Of a DNA stretch of 64,000 nucleotides, positions 50,301 through 61,200 are shown piece after piece (position 1 is the stretch's first letter; each line of letters opens with the position of its first letter). The position numbers and the translations under genes were made by a program. The notes beneath the pieces were generated by a model. That model was given only the letters and a program-made list of their open reading frames with translations. It searched no databases and was not told the DNA's origin. The stretch covers positions 22,506,001 to 22,570,000 of the forward strand of contig OZ241827.1 in NCBI GenBank assembly GCA_965202585.1, in the 5' to 3' direction. Source of the DNA: Thalia democratica. Lineage: Eukaryota.

Positions 50301-51021
50301 TAGTTATTTGTTCAAAAAACATTAATATTTTGGATAGAAAACTATGTTAGCTCAAACTTTTATATATTTTAAACAATATGCAACTTACTTCTATTTGAGC
50401 ATTTTCATTTTCAGTCTTTTGTAAAGCCTGCTGAACAAAATCTTCTGGCACCTCAGTATACCCAGCTCTAAACAATAGTTTGGTAAATGACTCTAAAAAA
50501 ATTCCAATATCCTCATAATGGCTTTTCTTTTCAGCAGGTAAAAAACTATCAAGTTTTGTTTCATTTAGTTTGATCTTTTTATAAAAACCATGAGTGCTTG
50601 ATGCGTTGGATCGATTGTGAAGCAAGACATAGTTGTCAAACAGATTTGACAATCCTATAAATCCAGTAACCCAACTTGAAGTGGTGAAGTCTGTAAAAGT
50701 TGTTGTAGTGTAATAGGTAGGATTTAGTAATAAATTTCATTATAAATAGCATGTGCAAAAGACAAATGGAACCAGTGTCCATAGACAACAGACAGGTTTA
50801 TTATGACATTAAACTACTAGTATCTAAATGTTTTTTATCTAGAATTTATTATAAAAACAACCTTTATCTTTAGAAGTTCTGTTGGTAATGCATTCTTTGC
50901 ATAACTTGTTCACTAAATCTAATTTAGAAATATCTAGAGAAGAAACTTGTGCAAGAAACTTAACTTTACTGTTCTGTTTTTTCAGACTGGCTTTTCTATA
51001 TAGCCATTGAAACTTTGACAT
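44304..51021 (-). CDS. TMEM143: TMEM143 / DUF3754-like membrane protein, ~452 aa, 7 exons
   Basis: Exons (5'->3') 51021-50862, 50690-50389, 49739-49630, 45768-45646, 45511-45350, 45132-44948, 44620-44304 (1359 nt, in phase). Segments align by eye with recalled TMEM143: FTKLLFRAGYTEVPEDFVQQAL, LTVDRESYKVLKYWVCGRKV, MIVAS..FKLVSYQNVPE, two hydrophobic helices, ADDKDVIKLILVYSI, CLSWL. The basic, acid-free N-terminus resembles a mitochondrial presequence. Start codon and exon 6 donor are uncertain. Confidence 0.75.
46762..47585. mobile_element. ~820-bp foldback/MITE with ~210-bp imperfect inverted arms (TMEM143 intron 3)
   Basis: 46762-46975 is the approximate reverse complement of 47390-47585 (e.g. 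ATTTCCAATTTCTTTAATGC / GCATTAAAGAAATTGGAAAT; TTGGGGTTTTA / TAAAACCCCAA). Confidence 0.7.
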
Positions 51022-51792
51022 CAGATTCTAAATAATATCTAAATACAATTTTTAATATCTACCAACTTCAAATGTTATATTTTTCAAATTGAAGTCTTTT
51101 AAGGTACATCCTTCAACAACTTTAACAATTTAATAACAGAAATATATAAAAGCTATGAAAAATAAACAAAGTGAGAATAAGTAAAATATTTCTTAATATA
51201 TATAAGAAAATAAGATGCTTTTTGAGACTCTGTAGATCTGTTCTTGAATTTATTTGAGAGCAGTGAAACGTTGTAGTTGAAATAAAGTTTTGGCACAAGA
51301 ACATCTGTGGTATAAGAAAATTTGTAATAATTTCAACTATATTTACTAAATATTGTTTGTATTAAAAGTCAAGTGGTATTAGCATACAAATTTGTAGCCA
51401 AAAAGCTGAAGTCAAAAAATACACACATCCATTGTTTTGTTTTACAAAATTAAAAGTTAAAATACATTAAAATTTATATACTTGTGTAAACAAAGACTTT
51501 GGGTAATTGTTTATAATAATAATTAAACTACTTTACTAATTCCGATAATTTTAATTTAATAAGTAAACAAATACTTTATATCTAAAAATGTGTAGCTATT
51601 GGAATTTGAAGAATAAACAAAAGCATCTGCTGCAGTTCTAAAGTCACTTCTGGTCTAAACAAACTATTAAAACAAACGAGAAAGTCCCAAATTTGAAAAC
51701 TAGTATTTTATCACTGAATAGATAAGGGCTCATCTATCTATCATAAATGTGGTTTTAGTTTCAGTAAACTAACAACAAAACTATTACTAGTT

Positions 51793-51904
51793 TTTATTAA
51801 ACGAAAAAAAAGGTTGCTCAAAATAATTGATCCTAGGGTCTAGTGTAAGGAAAAATCATTTGGTTATTGAGTCGTACACCACCTGTAGTTTAACGTCTTG
51901 TCTA
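51793..51904 (-). repeat. three-hairpin SINE-like repeat, copy 5 (diverged)
   Basis: Reverse complement TAGACAAGACGTTAAACTACAGGTGGTGTACGACTCAATAACCAAATG...TTGAGC...CGTTTAATAAA. Confidence 0.65.
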
Positions 51905-53619
51905 ATTGTTTTAATAAACAAGGTTCTGATTAGATAAATGGTATAGCTTATTGACATTTTCTCGCAAACTGCGTTGCAAGACAAAATACGTTATATAAGG
52001 TAATAATGTTGTTAGTCAGTAATATTGCGTGCTAAAAACTTTATTACTTTTGACTTAATACAATATACTTTTTTTTATATACAATAATACAATGTTTAAT
52101 ACTTTTATTCGACACTGTGCAGTGCACTATAAAGTTTTTAAATTGCTACTAAGTAAAAATTTTACGAGAAAAGAAACTTGGTGTTTTAATTTTTCGTTAA
52201 AACAATACTAATAAGATTAATAAAATTAGTGATGTTTTTTTTAATAAATACGTGTTTGAAGTAAATCAAAAAATTTAAACAAGTGTCAACGCTATTTCAA
52301 CTTATTTTTAAGACAAATTGCAAACCAAAATTTGAATGGTTAAGTCAACTACTAAAAACATTTCGGACAACTTTGTTTGACTTGTACTAAAAATACCAAA
52401 GAGTTCAATTTGTAAGTCCAGTCAAGTTTTAAGATGAAGAAGACAATTGTTTTACAAGTACATAAGTTATACATGTTTTATATGCTTAAATGAAACAATT
52501 GTTCTTAACAGCCAAGTATGTGATTAAGTACCAGGTTTTCAAGATTTACCAGAGTAATGTGCCTGTGATGCGTTAATTCAAAGCCTTTGTGTGAAGTACT
52601 TTATAATGCAGCCATAAAAAAAAATATTTACTGTTTAAAGAATTACTGTAGTCAAAACCATTGCCTACAAGAATTGTTTTTTAACCCAGTCGAAAATTTC
52701 AACCGAAATACAAGTAATGTTTTAAAAAATACTTATAACAGAGATAAAAATGTACATCAAAAGTTTACCAAAGGACAAACAGCTGTTAGTTGTAAAATAC
52801 TGCTTGTAGCTGGAAATTAACAAGACTTTTGTTGGTTTCGTTCTACCGTTAATCCAATTTTATATTTAAAATTAATATAAAGACGAAGTTAAATAGTTTA
52901 AAGTTTTATTGTTTAATGCAAAAATGGTGAAGAATTAAAACCCAAAAATTAATATTGTCATAAAATTATTTTTAATATGTCTGCGGTATGCATACATGAT
53001 TTTTGTTCCAAACTTTTTGCAGCATCAGTATTTACTTTTACTTTGTTAACTCTCGACTAACTAATTTTCATCAATTGATTATGCATTGATATTTTTAAAG
53101 ACTAAATCTACAATTCGGACAAACTTTTAAAGCACGAAATAGTAAATAAATAAAAAATATACTTTTCTAGAATATTTTTTTAGTTGATATAGCTTTCTGG
53201 TGACCAATTACAATGAAAACCTGTTTCATCTTTCACGAGCATATTGGAATTATGATCAGATACATTCTAAAACTTCATTTGTCCTTTATAAATACAAAGT
53301 TTGCTCAACTCTATTTTGTATCTAAAACTTGATGTTTTATATTTTTTGTACAAAAAGTTAAAAAGTCACTCGAATTACTTTGACTAATATCAGCTTGTAA
53401 ATAAATCTTAAACTTGTAAATTAAACATTTTAGTAGCAATTTTTTTATAGTCTCGTTTTCAGGTTTATTTTAATGATCGTTTATTTTATTCTATCTCACT
53501 CATTTTATATATCAAGTATTATTTCACTGAATTTTACTACTTATGTAAATAATTTACACTACACTTTTAGATAGAGTTGTATTTTGCTTAGTATGTTATA
53601 AAACTTATTAACATACATT

Positions 53620-53705
53620 GTTTGTTAAGGGATAAAAAATTCGCTCAAAAAGTTTGGCCTAAGATTTTGGTGTACGGAAAAACCTTTCGGTTATCGATTC
53701 GTATT
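53620..53705 (-). repeat. three-hairpin SINE-like repeat, copy 6 (5'-truncated)
   Basis: Reverse complement TCGATAACCGAAAGGTTTTTCCGTACACCAAAATCTTAGGCCAAACTTTTTGAGCG. Confidence 0.65.
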
Positions 53706-54057
53706 AGCTATGAAGTTTCCCAGTTAGTGTTCGCTTTATATTAAAGATTTCAAAAACATGGTTTTTTATAACTTGAAAACAGTTTGTAACTTGTTTAATA
53801 AAGTTTGAGTAGTTTACTAATATTTGTGAACATGTTATTAGAAGAACTCTACAACTAGTTTGTTAAACAAAGTATACTACTTTAAACTGTACAGTAACAA
53901 ATGATACTTTAAAAAAAACAATTCAATCAATAAAAATATGTTTACACGTATATAAACAAAAGAAAGCTAATTCGTAACAATTAACACTTATGTTGTAAAT
54001 CAGTCTGATCAAAATACTAATCATACTTATCAAAACAAACTGCTTTAATTTCTATGG

Positions 54058-54360
54058 CAGGGTTGCCATAAGTCGAGCTTAAAAAATTCCATGAATTTTC
54101 AAATCAAATTCTTAATTAAAACCGATTCTAAACTACATAAAAAAAAGATTTAAAAAGTTTTAATTAATTTCGAAAATTCAGATAAACCCTAAAAAAGAGA
54201 TGAATTGCAAAATTCTTTTGGAAAATAACATTAAAAAGTGCAGCTTCTAGTGTTGATAAAACGAGAATATGTACAAGTTTCCTGACTTTTTTTCGAAAAT
54301 TTCCATTTTTTCTTACTTTTGTCTTTTTTATTTGCTTTTTCTGACCTTGTAGCAACCCTA
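54058..54360. mobile_element. degenerate MITE with CAGGGTTGCC-type ends
   Basis: CAGGGTTGCCAT at 54058 and GTAGCAACCCTA ending at 54360; no target duplication visible. Confidence 0.4.
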
Positions 54361-54650
54361 ATCGAGTGTTAATTCTCAATTAAAATGTGTTTTAACTATT
54401 GTATTGAGCATAAAAAGCTGGTTTCTATTTGTTTTATTGTCTAATATCGAGACTTTTTTTATAAAACAAAATTCAGTCTTTTTGTTTTAACCCTTGATTT
54501 TTATATGTACAGCATAAAATTAGTGTTTAAATATTAAACTACTCAAGAGTAAATTACTTTAAAAAAAAAATCATAATATATTTCACTGTTTTTTACAAAC
54601 AATAACCGAAATAGGTTATTTTTTCAAAAAGCATAACAAATTACTACTTA

Positions 54651-55054
54651 CAGGGTTGCCACTCATTTTTTCAAACTTTTCTCTAGGTTTTCCAAATATC
54701 TTCCAGGTTTTTAAAAGTACACATTTTTGGGTCAATTTTTAGTTTAACATAAAGTTTAGGGTAAGAAACTGTGTTAATAGTATAAAAACATTAAAAAGAT
54801 ACTGTAAAGCTACTTTAAATATGAATTTTAATAAAAAAACCGTGATGATGACAAAAAGTTTTTTATTTATATGATAGATTTTTTGAGTAAAATCGAAATT
54901 TTACTACTGTTTATGTTAAAATTCCAGGTTTTTTTAAGAATTTTATTCAAAATTCTTTTTTTTTTTCAAAATTTCCCAAATTCCAGGTTTTTTTTTTTTG
55001 CCTAAATTGTCAAATTCCAGGTTTTTTAAGGATTCATGTAAAGTGGCAACCCTG
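54651..55054. mobile_element. 404-bp MITE, 12-bp TIR CAGGGTTGCCAC, flanked by TACTTA direct repeat
   Basis: CAGGGTTGCCAC...GTGGCAACCCTG; TACTTA on both sides; internal TTCCAGGTTTT repeated four times. Confidence 0.8.
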
Positions 55055-55711
55055 TACTTAGCTATTTTCAGAAGGTTTAGCAGTATATTTGTATTGTTTT
55101 AAAACAGTATATGTTAAACATTGATTTTCATTTAAAATAAAATATATACAAACAAATCTTTAATTTAAACTTTATAATGTAAAGGTGAATAATTTTTTCG
55201 ATAAGAATTCAAAAAAAATTTAATATATTGTACTACATTATAATACTTAATATAATTTTAACTACATTCAAAAAATCATATATCTTACATTTTAGAAAAC
55301 CAAAAGTTTATTTAATGTATTAAGAGCATAGTAAATATTTTTATATAATGTAGTTGCTCAATTGGTGTTTATTAGGATGCAAAACTACTTACATTAAAAC
55401 ATGATCAAAACCACCAGCAATATTTGTGTTGTTAGTGTTTCACGTAAAGATTAATTCATGCAATAGAGCGATAAAATAGTTAGTAAAAGTAAATTAACAT
55501 TTGTTGGTTGAAAGCAGTTTTAATGAAAACTATTTCAAACAAAGTCTTCTAAAGAAGTTTGTGTTACAGAAAAGTAATAATGCAAAAAGACTTGTGTAAA
55601 TTTTGGGACACGAAGCAAATTCAAAACATTCAGACATAAAAAAATATATAATGAAAACTATGTTGTAGAAAATACTGCAAACACTTGTGTAAATGTTTGA
55701 TTAATTTTTAC

Positions 55712-58700
55712 TCATTTAGCACACGGACCCCATTCGAGACCAGCCCTGCCTTGACAATTGCTTGGGTCCCTTCCTTTGCGGTTAGTTTTCTGCAGAAAAT
55801 ATTTTCAAATTGAGTACATGGTAGTCTTTGCTTTTATTTTTAAAAGTGTACTTTATTCTCGTGCCCTTATAACACATGACGATTAACGCAATACAATACT
55901 TTGCAGTAAGAATTTTTCTGTGATGCCAATTTAGAGTTCCATTTGATATGAGCAAAGTTAACTAAGCATCGAGATAGAATTTTAGTTGTAAAATTCTTAT
56001 TTTCAATTGGTACAAACACTGTACTTTACAAGTAAAAATACTACAACAATTATAAATAAAAATAAAAAACTTTAAAATTATTCAAAACAAACATAAAATA
56101 TTACTAATAGTGACTAACACAAAAATTGTAACTTTTAAATGCTTTCAAGTGATCAAACTCTGATTAAACATTTTAATTACAAATTAAACACTGTAAGCAC
56201 AAGTTTGTTCTGCTTTCTAAAAAAAAAATCAGTTATGAAGACTTTTTATACGTTCAAGAATTTATGACCTTAGTTTATTATGTCATTAGTATAGTTAATT
56301 ATTTTATAATGTTCATGAATATTGTAAACTTGTAATCAATAAAAAAGATTAAACTGATACAAAAATTAACTTTTAAACAACTAACATATCTTAACATTCA
56401 AACACTAACTATAACTCAATATCAGCAACTAACATTTGGTCCGTTGAAGTTCTCCTTATTAGGGCCCTGCGCAGCGGTGTAGCTGTCAATGAGAAGGTTC
56501 GGGTCCGGCCCCACGCAATTTGCCGGGTCGGGACCAGTGCTTGCCGTCCTCAGCTTGGACACGTAAGCGCCTTTTACAACACTCGTGTGCGTTCTGACAA
56601 GCAAGTAAAAAAGTTTGTAATTTTCATAGTGCTTTTACAATGTTGTTTTCAGCTTTTAATGAACTCATTGGTAATGGATTATGCCGGGGGTCGGCAAACT
56701 GCGGCCCGCGAGGTATTTTAGCTCAAAATATATGTTTTCAAAAACAGCAATAATGACAAATATATAGTAAAAGCTTACGATTAGATTCTTAGTTTAAAAA
56801 TTTCTCATTTTTATGCGCTCTACTATTGCAAGTTTTATAACATTTTTTATTAAAAACGTGGACTTTATGTTGATTACTACAAATATTTTAGAAATAACTG
56901 CTGCCCGCGAGCAAGATTTTCTAGGAAAATTAGCCCGCGGCTTATAAAAAGCTGCCGACCCCTAGTTTGTACCATAGGCGAATTTGTGTTATAGTATTTT
57001 TGTTACTAACAATCAATTTTAGATGAGAATTATATAAATTTTAAATAAAGTTTGTATTCTGCTTGTAACTAAAAAAATACATAACTATAGATAGTATTTA
57101 TGATTGAGTTTTTATTTTGGTTTACATAACTCAATGCTTTACAGATTAAGCAGAGACAACTAAAATTATATAAAATAAAAATTATACTGATCTATAATAG
57201 TTTTAAAATTGATTTCAACGTCTATAAAACCACTAACATACACAATTTAAAAAATTAAATATATATATAACAATAGTACAAAATTTTCACAAACTTAGCT
57301 AATTAGCTAAACTTAATTTTAATCATTGTAAATTGTATACAACTTTTAGCTTAAAAAAACCTTTTAGCATTTCTGAAGATTGTTTGATTGTAATAAATTA
57401 AAAATGAAACTATCGTAAAACAGTGTATGTTAATATTTATAGTTATAGAACATATATAAATATTTTACTTATTTATAAAATATTTTATAACCTTAGACAC
57501 TATGTAAGATCTGTTCATATTTCAACGAGAGCAAAACACCGTTAGTCTAATAATGCACTTGTAAAAAAAAATTGTTTCGGTCATGTACCGACTAAACACT
57601 TAAATCTGAATTCTCGTGTAAATCATTTTTAATTCATGGTAACACTTTAACAACCTCGGCGTGTACTTGTTCTTGGTCGGCGCTACTTTCTTTGTTCTCC
57701 CCGCTGCCTTGCTGAGGACCGAAGTCGACGAAACGTTTTTGTTCGTGCTCTTCAACACCGACTGTGACGTCACAACTCTAGGTGACGTCACGGCGCTTGT
57801 GGACGGCGCTTCTTCCGAAAACTTTGGAATTTCCGAGTCTTCGCTCCCGAAAACGACAGGTCTAAAACAAAAGTGTGTTTAATGCATCATGAAAAAATCA
57901 ATAACTTTTAAACTTTGGAAAATTGTTTTCTTCTTCAACTAACGCGTAACTTTTAGGATCTTCAACTTTTCTGGCCGGTTCGGGTGTTGCTTTTTTTGCT
58001 GGCTGCTTCCTTGCAGGTCGCGTTTTCTTATCGTTCTGGCTTTTGAGCAACGCTAAAAGATTGTTCATGTATTTGTTTATATACAAAAGTAATAAAAAAG
58101 ATTTAGTTATACCAGTACTCAGTTAAGCTTTCAACAGGTATTGCCACTCTTTGAAGCCAAAGTTAAAACAAACTATCCTGAAATTATTGAAGAAACTTAA
58201 TAAAAAAGTATTGCCCTTTTGAACCTGCTTACTTTTCTCTTATTCTTTTTATTGTTGTACTTAATTTAAAGTGTTGGACAATGACTGTGTTAGCTTGCAC
58301 ATTCTCTTTTTACAAAACGTTAAAATACCTAAATCGAAGACTATAAAAGTGCATATGATACGCAATAACATTTTATAAAATGACTTCAATGATAGTATAT
58401 TATGCTACAATAACTTAATGAAAATAACTTTTTTTTATCAAACCAGTTTATGTTATCGTTTTAAATCTAAAATAAACAGAGCTATCAACAACGGGAAATA
58501 TCAAATCTAATAAAAGTAGAATAATTACCTGAAAATAAAATTTAGTGGTAGTGCACAAGCTGATCAAACATAATAAATATCAAATACCAAGTCAATCTCA
58601 TTTAAGTTTCAACAGAAGATATCCTGATTTTTCTAAACAACCTTTGAATTAGCCTAAGTTTTTCAAAAAAATATCAAACTGGACTGAATCAGCCTGATTT

Positions 58701-60626
58701 TTTTTTAACCTTAAAAAACTCCAAGCTAGTCTGAGTTTATAAAAATTTAAAACTATCCTGAGATAGGCTAAGTGTGTGCAACACTGTTGGAAATCAACTT
58801 AATATAATCAATTGAGACTATAATTTGTGTTTTCAAGGTAGAAAAAGGCAAAAATAAAACTCACAATCCTTATTGCTTTTCTTTAATAATACTAGTGAAA
58901 CCTTATAGTAATATAAAACATTAGTTTCAAGATTGTAGTCTTATAAACTGTATAAAAATAATTTTTAGGTTTCTAGTTTTAATTTTTTTTTCTATTTCGA
59001 ATGATTAAAAACAAAAAGTTTATGATTTTAAAGCACAATTTTTCTAGCTAAAAATGTAACGTACTAAAAGTTAAAACACACAATGAATTTTAGCTCTAAA
59101 TAAAAATACCTTTTTATGTCATATATACTTTTTAAATCACTAAACAATTTCTAGTAAATTAACTTCGTTTTTATTATTTACTTTCAAAATTATACTCAAT
59201 TTCTAAAAAAAATTACAAATTTAACTTGTTTGCAAGCAAAAAAAATTAATAGTATAAACTTATATTTGTTTACTTAAATGAGTGGGTAAGAATATAAGTA
59301 CTACTTAAGTGTAGGAATTAAGAGGATAAAATTTACTATAAGGTTTGAAATACATAATAAATCATAGCAAACCTTCAGCAATTTGTTCGTCGTAGTTGGC
59401 AGCCTCCATGCTCATTTTGATCATTCCGACGTCCAGCTTGCCGAACCGCGCCTTCATTCTGTTCACGCCTGAGAAGCAAAAAGCATTTGAAGCACATAAA
59501 TTAACAAACAAGTTTCTCAACGTGTGCACAGTGAGCTTTGAGAAAAACGTGTGACTAGTTTACAACAAACTGAATCGCACATGAAAACACATTCAAGTTA
59601 AATCGCTCACGTTGTCTCTTTTCGTTTTCAGACAGCTCGGGCTCGGGTTCGGGGGTTTTCGGTTTCGGCGTCTTGGGCCTGGGAGACGGTTGACGCGCTG
59701 TGGAGGTCGACGGAGACGCGGGTCTTCTGTTTGTACTCGGTGGAGGCTGAGTGTTAGAAAAAACGGTTGTGTACGTAATGTGTAATGAAAAATAATAAGC
59801 ATTATAATAAAATTTAATTTTGCCTCGGTTTGAATGGTATTGTTCAGGTTTAAAATGTACAGATTAAAACACTTACTTTGATGAATCCCATTTCTTTCAG
59901 TTGCTTTTCGATTTGGCTTTTGTCACTCGTGTTTTCATATATTTGTCTGTTGTGATTTGAAAGTTTGTTTTACTTTGGTGAAAAATCTTTGTCGCCGATA
60001 TTATACAAGTTTAAAAGTATTGCTATTCATTAGCTCCTCTTATTGGAGCTTTTTCAAATGCTATAGTGACTTTTATAGTTAAGTCAAAAGTTGAATTTAA
60101 ATAAGTTATTATGCATCAAAATGTTAAACTTAAACAACTAATCAAGTGAAAACAACTGCTGGAAATTAAAATAACTAAAATGTCATTATTTACTTATCAA
60201 ATTAGATACACCTTTTTAATATTTTCTAAACCTCGCTAGCTTTATCATTATAAATTTACATAAGCAACATTATAACAGCTACTTTATAACAGTTGATTGC
60301 AAATAACACAGACAAAACAAAACTCACTTGGCCAAAGCCATCACGTTCTGGTCGAAACCGTACTTTTCAAGTTGCGACTTCCAGCTTTCCCAAGCACCGG
60401 AAGACCTGGCAGATGAAGATTGTTGCGTGTTGTTCAGCTGTTTGGTTTGCAGCCTCGCAGCTTGAGCCGGGTAAGCAGCCGAAGCAGGTTGCTGCCTTGC
60501 GGGTTGAGCCGGGTAAGCAGCCGAAGCAGGTTGCTGCCTTGCGGGTTGAGTCGGGTAAGCAGCCGAAGCTGGTTGCTGCCTCGCAGGTTGCTGCCTTGCA
60601 GGTTGCTGATAAGGCCTTTGTTGCTG
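55712..60626 (-). CDS. uncharacterised protein (5'-incomplete, at least 384 aa): Q/P/A repeats, small helical domain, CUE/UBA-like domain, C-terminal Gly-Pro repeats
   Basis: Exons (5'->3') 60626-60328, 59946-59877, 59746-59611, 59468-59373, 58052-57944, 57861-57655, 56593-56434, 55789-55712 (1155 nt, all junctions GT-AG and in phase, GC-rich). RVNRMKARFGKLDVGMIKMSMEAANYDEQIAEALL fits a three-helix CUE-like pattern. The first exon has no in-frame ATG, so an upstream exon is missing. Confidence 0.82.
56685..56964. mobile_element. 280-bp hAT-type MITE in an intron
   Basis: Ends CGGGGGTCGGCAAACT / GCTGCCGACCCCTA resemble the CAGGGGTCGGCAA TIRs of hAT MITEs; internal GCCCGCG repeats; 8-bp flanks do not match, so an old insertion. 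Confidence 0.7.
60462..60607 (-). repeat. coding tandem repeat: 3 x 42 bp (QPARQQPASAAYP[A/T]) plus 15-bp sub-units
   Basis: Near-identical 42-nt units at 60462, 60504 and 60546 within the first recovered exon. Confidence 0.9.
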
Positions 60627-61079
60627 CTGGAAAGCATAAAGAATAAGAACGGTTGATAATTCAATAAAGGATTGCTAGGTTTGCTGTCGAGTAGGCAAAT
60701 ATCAACTTTAGATTGAGTTAGGAAAAAATAAATATAATGTTTTTTGAAATGTGCGATTTAACATTCATTCCATTATTTTATTATCAATTATTTATTTAGT
60801 TTATTTGTTAGCAAAAAAAAAATCTTTTTATTAATGCTTAATAAACAAAGCAATAACTTCAGTTTTAACTTTTTCATAGTTTTAGATGAATTTTTTTACA
60901 ACTATCCTGCAAAAAATTATTTTTTAATATTTCAGATTTATTCATTTGTTTGTAACCTACAAAACTGTGTAACAAACAAAAATATGATTATTTATGCTCT
61001 TTTTTAGTATTCATAGCTTACAGACATTTCAAATGAAAGTAATTAGATTAAGTAGCTAATATTATACATACAGCAATAA

Positions 61080-61200
61080 AACTTACAGCTCTAGGACCAG
61101 TCCATTGAGTTTGCTTAGTAAAATGTCTTTTATAATTAAAAATAAAATTAATTTATTGAAAAAGTACTTTGTATTGAAAAAAAACTACAGATTATATGAT
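61080..61200. repeat. dispersed repeat, second copy at ~63705-63820
   Basis: ACTTACAGCTCTAGGACCAGTCCATTGAGTTTGCTT versus ACTTACAGTTCTAGGGTCAATCCATTGAGTTTGCTT. Confidence 0.6.

Noticed and set aside
51067-51119. Possible additional upstream TMEM143 exon (VEGCTLKDFNLKNITFE)
   Set aside because: Would need a 39-nt intron, far shorter than the 75-nt minimum seen here; ATG 51021 already gives a protein of expected length.
60293-60664. Three ORF-track entries over the 42-bp repeat
   Set aside because: The spliced, phase-consistent frame is a different minus-strand frame (QPARQQPASAAYP); the listed ORFs are repeat-induced open frames.
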